In this document: piece after piece, positions 55,063-64,000 of the stretch | Position numbering within the stretch: position 1 is the first letter of the stretch | Layout: every line of letters starts with the position of its first letter | IMG/VR virus record: IMGVR_UViG_3300029705_000023 | Location: 45,563 to 109,562 of that record | Strand: one strand, 5' to 3' | Source of the DNA: a virus | Taxonomy: Duplodnaviria; Heunggongvirae; Uroviricota; Caudoviricetes | Length of the DNA stretch: 64,000 nucleotides | Notes under the pieces: model-generated | What the model was told of the DNA's origin: nothing | The model's database searches: none | The model's input: the letters and a program-made list of their open reading frames with translations, nothing else | Made by a program: the position numbers and the translations under genes

Positions 55063-55354
55063 GCATTGGCCTGCAATACACAGTATGCTGCTTTACGGGC
55101 TGTTCGGACTGATAGGCGGGGTTATGAAACTTCTTGAACCGGGGCGCCCTTTTACGTCCCGTCTGGTAGTCTACCGCCTGTTCAGCAGTTTTGCGGCGGC
55201 GATGGCGATCTCCGGCATGATGGCGCTGGTTACGGACAAGGAGAATGTTCTTCTGGCAGCCGGCGTTGTTGGCGGTTTCGCTGGAAAAACGACGTTTGAG
55301 TTTCTTTGCGCGGCAGGCAGAAACGTGATCAAACGCAAGACGGAGGAATTTTAA
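55055..55354 (+). CDS. Putative holin (LydA-like)
   Basis: 99 aa, three hydrophobic segments, GVVGGFAG, basic C-terminus. Confidence 0.6.
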   Translation: MAEHWPAIHSMLLYGLFGLIGGVMKLLEPGRPFTSRLVVYRLFSSFAAAMAISGMMALVTDKENVLLAAGVVGGFAGKTTFEFLCAAGRNVIKRKTEEF

Positions 55355-55842
55355 TGCACAAGATACGGAAGCTGCTGGTCGTCGTAGGGAAGGAAGAAGA
55401 TACGCTCCATCCTGAATTGGACTGGGACCGGATCAAGGAAAGCCTTTCCGTGGATATGTACCACATTTGTGATGAAGCCGTCTGTATTCAGGAAGATCTT
55501 CCGGATGCCGCCGCAGTGATCCAGTTTGCGGGCTTTGAAAAGCCGTATTCGTGGACTTCCGAACTTGCTGCTGCACAGTGGGGTGCTCCTCCGGTATTTT
55601 ACATTGAGCCGGGAGGAGCTGGTTTTTGTATTCGCTACGGTAAACGCAAAGAAGAGGGGCTGGCAGCACGCGCTGTTCCGGACGCACTTCGGATGCTTTA
55701 TCAGGAAGGCTTGCAGGAGTACTATGCCCGGCACGCTGCCTTCCTTCTTGCCGCGTTTCTGGCGATGTTATGCGTGATCCTGATCCACGGTGTAAAGCAT
55801 ACACTGGCACAGGATCCGCCAATGATCGAGGTTTCAGAATGA
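55354..55842 (+). CDS. Hypothetical protein with C-terminal TM segment
   Basis: GGAGG RBS, coupled start. Confidence 0.7.
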   Translation: MHKIRKLLVVVGKEEDTLHPELDWDRIKESLSVDMYHICDEAVCIQEDLPDAAAVIQFAGFEKPYSWTSELAAAQWGAPPVFYIEPGGAGFCIRYGKRKEEGLAARAVPDALRMLYQEGLQEYYARHAAFLLAAFLAMLCVILIHGVKHTLAQDPPMIEVSE

Positions 55843-56792
55843 ATTCGGATTTCGCGGCTTCCTTTAACCGGTCTCCGGACTGGAAGTGGAAGCGTGCTCA
55901 AAGCATTGTGTCCGGAAGCGGTCCGGCAGCAACGCCGTTCTGGGATACTGAGAACGGCTGTCAGTGGATCCGCCGGGCGGAAGCGTTCCTTCAGTCGCTG
56001 GCGCGGGAAGAAGACCCTGTTATTAATAATGAGCTGATCATTATGTACGGGGACATTTACACAGCGTGGTCCATTTATACGGACACATCCAGCAATTACC
56101 GATTTGAGCTGGAGGGGATGATCCTGGCTCGTGTGGAGCGGGAAGAGCTGGCAGTCCGGATCGATATTCCGATTGCGGCCATTACCGCTTTTGAGGAGCT
56201 TTTCTTTGATGTCCGCGGGAAACTGGAATCCGAATCCTATATTTTGAATTACGTCATTGGTCCGGATATTCAGCGTTTGAAGGAGAGCAATGTCGGCGCA
56301 CTATGGAAGCTGTTCGGCTACTATCAGGGTCCGGAAGTCCTTCGCGCGGTCATTTCCAGAACAGTGAATCCGACATTCGCCATGACGCCGGATGCGGTAG
56401 GTGCCCGGCTGAACGAGGATATTGCCGGTTCCTTCAAGATCTCCTGCGCCATTGCCGCCAAGAAAGCAGGCGGGGGAAACATGGCGGACAGACAGCTTCT
56501 TCAGCTGTTTGCCAAAGTTATGGAAGTGGACAAGATGGAAGACCTTTCCTCCGGATCCTCCAAAGGGCAGATCGCGGAACATATTCAGGCGATGCTCGGT
56601 ACGCTGGGACTTTCCGTCGGCGGGATCCCGAAGACCAACCCGCTTTCCGACTACAAGCATAAACCGGTCGAGCCTCAGTTTCATGAGCTTGTCAGCCTGA
56701 CTCTGACAGGTGAAGCGGAATCGCTGAAAGAGGCCGCCGACTTCAAGTTTCCGATCCCGACCAATCGGGGTCTTCCAACAGCAAAGGATTAA
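55839..56792 (+). CDS. Hypothetical large-phage protein
   Basis: GAGG RBS, ATGA overlap. Confidence 0.75.
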   Translation: MNSDFAASFNRSPDWKWKRAQSIVSGSGPAATPFWDTENGCQWIRRAEAFLQSLAREEDPVINNELIIMYGDIYTAWSIYTDTSSNYRFELEGMILARVEREELAVRIDIPIAAITAFEELFFDVRGKLESESYILNYVIGPDIQRLKESNVGALWKLFGYYQGPEVLRAVISRTVNPTFAMTPDAVGARLNEDIAGSFKISCAIAAKKAGGGNMADRQLLQLFAKVMEVDKMEDLSSGSSKGQIAEHIQAMLGTLGLSVGGIPKTNPLSDYKHKPVEPQFHELVSLTLTGEAESLKEAADFKFPIPTNRGLPTAKD

Positions 56793-56794
56793 TC

Positions 56795-58834
56795 ATGCCG
56801 TCGATCAATACTCAGGAAAGAGAACAGCTCAGTGCAGCGGTCGAGAAGATCAGCGATTACTGTGCGGAGGGCTGTTCCCCCAATACCGCTATTATTAAGA
56901 CTGCGAAGGAGATGAATTTGACTCCGGACCGTCTTCCGATACTCGTCAACGCCTACAATGCAGGCGCAACCGCAGATCATTGGGCACAGCACGATTCGGT
57001 GCGCTCAAAGACTGCTTCGTTCCCCATTGCCAATCTTGCGAAGATTCGGAGCGAGCTCTACCCGGATCAGGTCAAGAAAGCGGCGGCACGGCAGCGTCCC
57101 ATGCGGGCGGACAATACGTTCAGTCTGTCAGCTGGTGCCCTTTTTCAGAAGGATCCGCTGGATTGCTACCGCGGACAGGTTCCTATGCAGAAGACCGCTT
57201 CTGTTCCTTCTGCGGATCAGCTCTCCAATACGAACCGGGATCTCCGGCTTCAGCTTCGTTTTACGCAGGAGCAGACGGATGCCGCGATGGAGCTGGCGAA
57301 CGCCGAGCTTTATGACCGGATGGATAAACTGGCCGGGATCCTTCGCCGTCCGGAAATGCCTTCGTTTGGCGATATGTGCAAGACCGCGGCGGCAGTCTAC
57401 GGCAAAAAGGGCGGGGAGGTCATGCAGTATATTGCGGAAACGTATCCAACGGTCAAGGTAGCAAAATACTCTCCCAGTACGGAACTGCTTCCGGCGACGC
57501 ATGACTTCTTCAAGCAGTTCGAGGAGGTCCTCAACTCGCTGGATACCTGCGGAAAACTGAAGAACACGCAGGTCATCGTCCGTTCCAAATGTGCTGCTGT
57601 CGAGCAGGAGATGGACGAGGCGTGGAAGTCCGAGATCCACGGTTCTGAGATGCACCGCGCCCTTCTGACTCCGATCCAGGTCAAGAAAGCTGCTCTGGAA
57701 ATGAGAAAGGAGGCCTTCCGTGAGGAGCTGGATGCTACGCGCCCTTTCTCGCGTCTGGAAACGATGCTCCATCCTGAATGGCAGGGGGCTACGGAGCGGG
57801 AATACGGTATTCTGAATACGCTGAACGATCCGCTTCACGAAGCGCGTATGCGTAAGATCATGAATGAGTCGCTGTTCATAGACATCATGAACTCGGATGA
57901 GTTCTTGAAGGAGCAGGATCCGGAGGAAGTTCTGGAAGCGTACAACGACCTTCTGGAGGTAGCTCCGCATCTTCGCGGCAAGAAGATCCTTGTCCGTCAG
58001 GCGCTCAAGGAATATCTTGCTTCAGGCACTCTGGATCTTCCGACAGCGGGACAGCTCACCAAGATGGACGCGGAGGAAGCAGCAAAGCAGGATCGCCGGT
58101 CGCAGGCACAGGCGGACCAGGCTGCCCGGTATGCCGATCAGCGTCAGCGTAAGGAACAATCTGAAAAAGAACTGGCTCAGCGCGAGCAGTTTGAAAAAGC
58201 ACGCTGGGAGGCGCAGAAAGAACAGGCTGCCGAGGATCGTGCATTACGCCGAAGTGAGGCGAAACAGCGTCAGAGCAACTGGGAAGCGGAGCAGCGGACT
58301 CGTAAAGAAGAAGCGGAGCAGCGGCAGCGGAACTGGAAGAGGGAACAGAAACTGCGTAAAGCCGAGGCAGCCCAGCGTCAGGTGAACTGGCAGGCAGATT
58401 TCGATGCGCGTCAACGCGAGGCAAACCAGCGTCAGAGCAACTGGAAGGCGGAACAGCAGACGCGCAAAGATGAGGCAGCTCAGCGTCAAAAGAACTGGGA
58501 AGCCGATCAGCTGCTGCGTAGGGATATTGCGCGGAGCGATTATGAGCCTAAGCGGGAAGCACAGGATTATCGACGTGCGTATGATGAGTATAAGGAGCAG
58601 CGGCGTAAATGGGAACGGAGGCAGGAGGATACTGCCAGAAGAGTTTCATTGGCACGGCAGATGGCTGAAAAAGATTCGCAGTTTGAGCAGTTCTATCGCG
58701 ACGCATTAGCGGCGCAGCATAAAGGGTATGTATGGGAACAGGGTGACACCAACGAACCTTTCAACGGCAACTGGGTGGCTGATACGGAGCCGACGTTTTC
58801 ACCTCCAAGTGTGCCCGCGAGTCCGACCTTTTAA
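56795..58834 (+). CDS. Putative head protein: KxA-rich N-terminus and charged helical C-terminus with 18-aa repeats
   Basis: AAGGA RBS; AACTGG recurs at 58277, 58331, 58385, 58439 and 58493 (54-nt period). Confidence 0.72.
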   Translation: MPSINTQEREQLSAAVEKISDYCAEGCSPNTAIIKTAKEMNLTPDRLPILVNAYNAGATADHWAQHDSVRSKTASFPIANLAKIRSELYPDQVKKAAARQRPMRADNTFSLSAGALFQKDPLDCYRGQVPMQKTASVPSADQLSNTNRDLRLQLRFTQEQTDAAMELANAELYDRMDKLAGILRRPEMPSFGDMCKTAAAVYGKKGGEVMQYIAETYPTVKVAKYSPSTELLPATHDFFKQFEEVLNSLDTCGKLKNTQVIVRSKCAAVEQEMDEAWKSEIHGSEMHRALLTPIQVKKAALEMRKEAFREELDATRPFSRLETMLHPEWQGATEREYGILNTLNDPLHEARMRKIMNESLFIDIMNSDEFLKEQDPEEVLEAYNDLLEVAPHLRGKKILVRQALKEYLASGTLDLPTAGQLTKMDAEEAAKQDRRSQAQADQAARYADQRQRKEQSEKELAQREQFEKARWEAQKEQAAEDRALRRSEAKQRQSNWEAEQRTRKEEAEQRQRNWKREQKLRKAEAAQRQVNWQADFDARQREANQRQSNWKAEQQTRKDEAAQRQKNWEADQLLRRDIARSDYEPKREAQDYRRAYDEYKEQRRKWERRQEDTARRVSLARQMAEKDSQFEQFYRDALAAQHKGYVWEQGDTNEPFNGNWVADTEPTFSPPSVPASPTF

Positions 58835-58858
58835 CGGTCTTCACTCCGCATAAACTAA

Positions 58859-58886
58859 CAAAAAAGGCGCTTTTCAGCGCCTTTTT
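58859..58886. terminator. Bidirectional terminator between convergent genes
   Basis: AAAAAGGCGCT-TTTC-AGCGCCTTTTT, immediately followed by TTATTAATAA. Confidence 0.85.
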
Positions 58887-58900
58887 GTTATTAATAATTG

Positions 58901-61126
58901 TTACTTACTGTTATCACTCAGATCCAGCGGTTCCAGTGTTTCGTAATCTGCCTGATTCAGCCGGTTGCGTTTCAGGAAGAGGACGACATCGCCGAGGATC
59001 TCGAAGAGTTTTTTGAGGTTGGCTTCCAGTTCCGGCAGGTTCTTGGGACCATAGATCTCCTTGAACTGATCGCCTTTCCAGTAAAAGCGGAAGAGGAGGT
59101 CTCCTGCTTCCGTCATGGCGCGAGTCAGTTCTGCGGTCTGCTCGTCGATCATGGAGTCTGTATCACCGGAGGTGTAGAGACTCTTGAGCATGGAGACATC
59201 GAAGATGTCTTTCTGTCCGCTCTGGATCGCCTTATTGACCGCCGCGACATCCTGCGACGCATAGTCGGAGTCGATCGAAATGTAAGGATCAGCTGAGACA
59301 TCGTGAGATTTTGTAGTGGAGTATTCCTGCCCGGAAGGGCCTGCTGCCAGACGGTCAGTCAGGATGCCGACAGGGGAATCGTTGACCTGCGGGATCGGCG
59401 GCGTGACCAGTTCCGCCCGCTTCAGGAAGACTTTACAGGCGCGGGTCGGTTCTGCTCCCGCTTTTTTTAGCAGAGCCTTTGCGGTTTTTTCGCGAAGTCC
59501 GTAATCCTCGACCAGCGATTTGAAACCTTCAAAAGTACTGATCCGGGGACCCTGGTTCAGGCGGCATTCGTCGCCCCAGACGGAGACTTTCAGCGGTTCC
59601 AGTCCGGCATAGGCGGATTCCTTGATCTTCTGTGCTTTTACTGCCTGAGGAAGCTGGTCCAGACCGTTACTTTTCTGGATCAGATCCGAATTCAGGTGCA
59701 GGTCCAGCAGTTTCATATCCTTGGGAAGTTCCATTGTGTGCTTTGAGACACGGAAGTCGCTTCCTTTCGGAGTTCTGCGTATCGTCCATTCCATAGAGCG
59801 GCAATTATGCCGGTAGCCGTCGTTATACCCGTAGCCGTAGCGCAGCGGAGGTTCTTCCTGTGTTTCGGTTTTGCAGATGATACCTCTTGTGTAATTATTG
59901 AACGGACCATGTACTTCACAGCATCCGCGAAGGACCGCGAAGCAGTCGCTGGGACTGCCGAACGGAAGATTATCGACCCATTTCACATAGTCGGCTGTCG
60001 GATATTCTTTCGTGCACCAGATCTCGGTCCCGGCGCACTCGCAGTATTCATGACTGGACGGGTTCACGACCAGCATAAAGGGACCTTCCGCATCGGAAGA
60101 GCGCAGAACGACCATACGGCGGGATTTGCCGGGTTCTACCAACACGTCGTAGATGCCGGTGCCTCTCGGGTTGAAAATGTTTGCCTTGTTTCCGGAAGCG
60201 TCGATGACTTTGGTAACTTCCTCGTCACGGCGGTCATCCTGAACAAGGTATCCTTCCCGCAGCAGCTTTTCTTTTTCTTTATCGGAGAGTCCGAAGGGGA
60301 GAGACGAACCAGAGATGGAAACGGAATAAGAAATGACCTGTACGGAGTTGGCGTATTTGACGTTCGGCTCCGGGAGCGGTTTTACTCTCAGCGCAGCGGA
60401 TTTCCGAAGAATATCACGTTCCGTGAATTCCCGCCGAAGAGCATCGGTTCCTCCGGGGTGGACCTGTTCAAAGGCGGCTTTGATCAGCGGATAGGTATCC
60501 AGCATTTCCAGTGTGCGCTTCAGCCCGCCGTAGGACGCATATTTGATATGACGAAGCGGATTCAGCTTTTGATGAAGCGAAAAGGCTTTCTTAGCGAGAC
60601 TGAATTTGGAATTCCGGGCAATATCCCGGTAGACCGCGTGCCATTCGCGCGGAATGGCAGAGGCGTACTTGGTCGGGATGTCTACCAGATCGGTCAGATC
60701 CGGTGTGGAAGAACCGGGTGTGGATTTCGGAGCACTGTCGCCGATCATCATCGGCTTTCGGCGAAAGATCTCATTAAGCCACGCTTCTTTCAGCGGCACC
60801 CACAAGTTCTGATCTGCCAGCCGCAGAAGTTCGTGTCCCTTGATCTCTCCGTTGATGCAGAAGGTCGGCGAGAAGAGCTGCATACCGTTTACTTTGAATC
60901 CGGTCACGCCCAGCACTTTTGTGTCGTCCTCATTTCTCTCCACGACCTGAAAGCCTTGTTCGTACGGCATCAGTGACGGTGCTTTATCCTGTAGATAGGT
61001 ATGAGTGAGCTGCCCGAACATTTCTTCCAGCGGAACATCGTTTCCATCACCTCCGAGGGCGGCAGTTTTGTTCAGTACGCGGTTCCGGATCGATGTTTTC
61101 AGTGTATAAGTATCCTTTGTTCGCAT
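58901..61126 (-). CDS. Large putative virion/head protein with KxA motifs
   Basis: 741-754 aa ORF; GFQVVERNEDDTK...GEIKGHELL motif recalled from large-phage proteins. Confidence 0.72.
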   Translation of the reverse strand: MRTKDTYTLKTSIRNRVLNKTAALGGDGNDVPLEEMFGQLTHTYLQDKAPSLMPYEQGFQVVERNEDDTKVLGVTGFKVNGMQLFSPTFCINGEIKGHELLRLADQNLWVPLKEAWLNEIFRRKPMMIGDSAPKSTPGSSTPDLTDLVDIPTKYASAIPREWHAVYRDIARNSKFSLAKKAFSLHQKLNPLRHIKYASYGGLKRTLEMLDTYPLIKAAFEQVHPGGTDALRREFTERDILRKSAALRVKPLPEPNVKYANSVQVISYSVSISGSSLPFGLSDKEKEKLLREGYLVQDDRRDEEVTKVIDASGNKANIFNPRGTGIYDVLVEPGKSRRMVVLRSSDAEGPFMLVVNPSSHEYCECAGTEIWCTKEYPTADYVKWVDNLPFGSPSDCFAVLRGCCEVHGPFNNYTRGIICKTETQEEPPLRYGYGYNDGYRHNCRSMEWTIRRTPKGSDFRVSKHTMELPKDMKLLDLHLNSDLIQKSNGLDQLPQAVKAQKIKESAYAGLEPLKVSVWGDECRLNQGPRISTFEGFKSLVEDYGLREKTAKALLKKAGAEPTRACKVFLKRAELVTPPIPQVNDSPVGILTDRLAAGPSGQEYSTTKSHDVSADPYISIDSDYASQDVAAVNKAIQSGQKDIFDVSMLKSLYTSGDTDSMIDEQTAELTRAMTEAGDLLFRFYWKGDQFKEIYGPKNLPELEANLKKLFEILGDVVLFLKRNRLNQADYETLEPLDLSDNSK

Positions 61127-61225
61127 AATTTCTTCCGTATTACAGATGCCTGATTTGCGCGGCATGAAGCCTACAGCACGACGTATAATTGCGCAGTATA
61201 CCTGTTTTCCGGGAAAAGGACAAAA

Positions 61226-61915
61226 TCAGTCCTCAAACAGGTCACGCAGGTTATTTACCCGGATCTCCGGATCCAGAGAAAAGTAAAGGCTTGGCTTCGG
61301 CAGCGTGCGCTGGACACGTTTCTGGAGTACCCACGAATTTACAATATCCGCGCAGTCCATCCACTTGTCCAGAGCACGCTGGGACCAGCCTGTGAAGATC
61401 TTGAGCTCTTTCAGAAGCCAGGCCAGTTCATAAAGCTGATCCGGAGTAATGTGGCGGACGCGAATATCCTCGGTCAGGGACAGGATCGACGACAGCACTC
61501 GGCATAGCGCGGCTATTTTTACGACGTCGGTCCCCTGTGCCAGCTGGTTTGTGTAGCGGGGGATACGCTGATCCGACGGCATGCGCATATCCGGGTTCAG
61601 AATGAGTGCGGCGCCTGCGACTTCGATATGTGACCGCAGCATGACTGTTTCAAACGGGAGTCCGGTGTATTGCTGCGCCAGTGAAAGGAGTGCGGTATGC
61701 CATGTGACCTCTGCCAGTTCGGAGACTTCCGGATGCAGTATTTCATAGCCCGGACGGTAGCGGGAACGAAAAACCTCTTCCGTGAGGTCAGCAGTATCGA
61801 TCACGAAAGAGGCGAGAGGTTTCCCGCAGTCCGCGATCCTTGAGTTGAGGAGCTCGCGGACAAAACGGGTATTTTCGGAACGGGACAACCGGGGACGTGT
61901 GTTTTTGTTTTCCAT
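61226..61915 (-). CDS. Hypothetical protein
   Basis: GAAAGAG RBS-like sequence; 229 aa. Confidence 0.72.
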   Translation of the reverse strand: MENKNTRPRLSRSENTRFVRELLNSRIADCGKPLASFVIDTADLTEEVFRSRYRPGYEILHPEVSELAEVTWHTALLSLAQQYTGLPFETVMLRSHIEVAGAALILNPDMRMPSDQRIPRYTNQLAQGTDVVKIAALCRVLSSILSLTEDIRVRHITPDQLYELAWLLKELKIFTGWSQRALDKWMDCADIVNSWVLQKRVQRTLPKPSLYFSLDPEIRVNNLRDLFED

Positions 61916-61951
61916 ATATCACTCTTTCAGGCAAAAGCCCGCCAGAGCGTA

Positions 61952-62374
61952 TCAGGCACGTTCCAGCCAGGCGTTCAGTTCTTCTTCAATGATTTTGGCG
62001 CTCTTGGCACCGACCTTATCCAGAGCTTCGAGCGTCGCGCCGGTGTTGAGATAAGCGGTCAGCTGTTCGATCGTCTGGATGCTGTTAGCACCAAGGTTCC
62101 GGATGGAGGCAGCCGAAAAGCCGGCGGATTCCAGTGTTGTGCCGGCGGCTGCTTCCTGTTTCACTTCTTCGGCAGCTGGTACTTCGATAACTGCTTCCTG
62201 TTTGACTTCTTCCACAGCAGGGGCTTCGATGACCGGCTCCTGTTTGACTTCTTCGGCAGCCGCCGGAGTTTTCGAAGCGTCCGTTGTGTTGACTTCCAGC
62301 AGGTTCAGGTCTTTGCGCTTCAGGAAGCGGATCCCGTACCGGAAAGGGGCTTTGGCTTTGCAGCTCTGAATCAT
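61952..62374 (-). CDS. Protein with 14-aa low-complexity repeats and a C-terminal RNAP alpha-CTD-like (HhH) domain
   Basis: FSAASIRNLGANSIQTIEQL...VGAKSAKII resembles LSVRSxNCLxxxGIxTIxDL...GxKSxxEI; 42-bp repeat at about 62152-62254. Confidence 0.6.
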   Translation of the reverse strand: MIQSCKAKAPFRYGIRFLKRKDLNLLEVNTTDASKTPAAAEEVKQEPVIEAPAVEEVKQEAVIEVPAAEEVKQEAAAGTTLESAGFSAASIRNLGANSIQTIEQLTAYLNTGATLEALDKVGAKSAKIIEEELNAWLERA

Positions 62375-62424
62375 AATATTAATCCTTTTGAATAAATGAC
62401 TTGCCCTGCAAAGCCTTTACCTTT

Positions 62425-62452
62425 ATTATGGAAGGATAGACTTCTCTGTCAA
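62425..62452 (-). promoter_or_regulatory. Sigma70-like promoter for 61952-62374
   Basis: TTGACA-N16-CATAAT on the minus strand. Confidence 0.7.
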
Positions 62453-62545
62453 GGGCGTGAATAAATTCCGATTTGTCAGAATTTTCAGGATACGTTAAAG
62501 TATCAATGTAACGTAAGGTTTCACTATTTGCAAACAGGAGCCGGA

Positions 62546-64000
62546 ATGTCTCAGATTTCCTATATTCGACCGGGCGAGCCGGTCAGTGCGAGTGTCGCGA
62601 ACCGACCGGTCAAAGGACTGGCGAATCAGGTCGAGGCGCTGGATCAGGCAATGTCTTCCGCGTCTTTAGGGGAATTGCTGATCCTCCGGGATATGCCGGT
62701 GTCGGAAGATGTCCGCACAGGGATGCCAGTCTATTGGGACGCACTGGAAAGCCGGTTCTGTCCCGCGAGATCCGGAGCGCGGATGAACTGCCGGACGGGC
62801 GAGTTTGAGTCAGAAGCCTGCACGGACTGCATGGGGCTGGTAAAGGCCAAGCATACCGAGTCCTCCGGAGACATTCTTCTGTTCGGAGTGACGGACCTTC
62901 CTCAGATCCGCGATTTTCTTCCGGAAGGGACAGGGCGGTTCTATCTCGGGACCGACGCGGGAAGTTTGACGTTCACTCCAGGAACGATCCAGGCACCGAT
63001 CGGTGTTTTAATGGGACCTTCCGATCCCTGTGACGAACGGACCCGTGTTTACGTCAACCCGGAGTTTGCCGGCAAACTGACCGGGCATCATCATTACCGT
63101 CATGTTTTGAAACCGGAGAACTGGAAAGCCGCTTCGGAGTTTGCGAATGCTCCCTCAACTGCTGTCTATGCTTACGACATCGAGAGCGACCCAGACCTGA
63201 AGCGTGTCTTTCCCCCGGTCCCTCTTCAGGCGTGCTCCTGCACGATCGACTGGAACGGCAAGACCGATGATGCCTCTGCAATTGAAGAAACATTTGGCGG
63301 ACGCGAGATCCCGGTCAATGAGGAGAATTCTTTGATCCGCATCGACTGCTCCGGGATATGGTGGATGTCCTCCGAAATAAGTCCCTTCGCGCCAGAGACC
63401 ATGCTGAATGACGAGTCTTGGCGGGGCTTTCGGATCACCCTCCATTTCTCGCGCACCGCCTTTGAGAATTCCAAAGTCTATGTGACCTCTCTCCAGCCGG
63501 ACGAGGATCAGCCGTTTGAGTTTGTGGACTGTCACGGCGACATTGCTTCTACCGGCGAGCTTTTCATTCGATTTACGCTTGGGCACCGGTTCCGGAACGC
63601 GGAACTTCTTTCCGGTTCAGCTTTAAGCCGGATCAGTGAGGACTGGTATCAGGAACAGGTACCGGTCATTCACGGGATCCGTTCGACTTCCCGGAATCTG
63701 CTCGTTAAGGGAAGTCTTGAGTTTGAGCAGGATCAGAAAGTCTGGCAGCGGGGTCTTCTTGAAGTGACCGCCAGCCCCTATTCCGAAGACTTTGAACTTC
63801 AGCCGCAGATCGTAAAATTGTCTGAGGCGCTTGAAAGTGAGTATTACCAGATACAATATCTTGCACTTCCGTACTCCAGAACCAGCGCGGTATCCATGAA
63901 GATGGAGATACCCGGTAAATTTGGTACGGATCTGAATGTGAGGATGCGGCTGACCTGTCTGGCAAAGCTGGCAGGTCTTTATCCGGAGATGCAGCTTCAC
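62546..64000 (+). CDS. Putative tail/baseplate structural protein, 3'-truncated by the window edge (absent from the ORF track)
   Basis: AGGAG RBS; hand translation is open for 485 codons from MSQISYIRPGEPVSASVANRP to the end of the window. Confidence 0.75.
   Translation, partial: MSQISYIRPGEPVSASVANRPVKGLANQVEALDQAMSSASLGELLILRDMPVSEDVRTGMPVYWDALESRFCPARSGARMNCRTGEFESEACTDCMGLVKAKHTESSGDILLFGVTDLPQIRDFLPEGTGRFYLGTDAGSLTFTPGTIQAPIGVLMGPSDPCDERTRVYVNPEFAGKLTGHHHYRHVLKPENWKAASEFANAPSTAVYAYDIESDPDLKRVFPPVPLQACSCTIDWNGKTDDASAIEETFGGREIPVNEENSLIRIDCSGIWWMSSEISPFAPETMLNDESWRGFRITLHFSRTAFENSKVYVTSLQPDEDQPFEFVDCHGDIASTGELFIRFTLGHRFRNAELLSGSALSRISEDWYQEQVPVIHGIRSTSRNLLVKGSLEFEQDQKVWQRGLLEVTASPYSEDFELQPQIVKLSEALESEYYQIQYLALPYSRTSAVSMKMEIPGKFGTDLNVRMRLTCLAKLAGLYPEMQLH

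Noticed and set aside
1-64000. Genome-wide TAG or TGA stop-codon reassignment
   Set aside because: Long genes (1461, 860, 754, 679, 561 aa) translate uninterrupted in the standard code, and several TAG stops are followed directly by terminators or RBSs.
1-64000. tRNA, rRNA, terminase, portal or major capsid genes
   Set aside because: No convincing cloverleaf or diagnostic protein motifs were recognised; they may lie outside the window or be too diverged to spot by eye.

Overview
This window reads as a segment of a large tailed (jumbo-type) phage, probably infecting an anaerobe, rather than host chromosome. 1-28.2 kb is a dense, co-oriented accessory region of small unknown genes, dUTPase and nine BspA/TpLRR leucine-rich-repeat genes; several of the LRR genes are bracketed by pairs of near-identical intergenic hairpin elements. 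28.4-33.4 kb holds a class II Fic gene and a minus-strand block of probable tail/baseplate genes. 33.5-35.4 kb is the highlight: a 6-repeat CRISPR array (28-nt repeats, 33-nt spacers) with structured flanks, directly upstream of a catalytically intact ~386-aa TnpB/Cas12-like nuclease, with no tnpA, no recognisable IS end and no cas genes. 35.3-42.3 kb carries class III RNR (nrdD lacking the glycyl-radical tail, plus nrdG) and a MYG1-family protein. 43-47.5 kb encodes a fused beta/N-terminal beta' RNA polymerase. 47.5-62.4 kb is a probable head module: an intein-interrupted prohead protease, K-x-A-motif-rich proteins, a holin-like gene and a stand-alone alpha-CTD-like protein. The palindrome TTATTAATAA recurs every few kb across the window, including inside genes where it is spelled with rare codons. 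No tRNA, rRNA, terminase or major capsid gene was recognised. All calls are by-eye motif recognition; no database searches were run.
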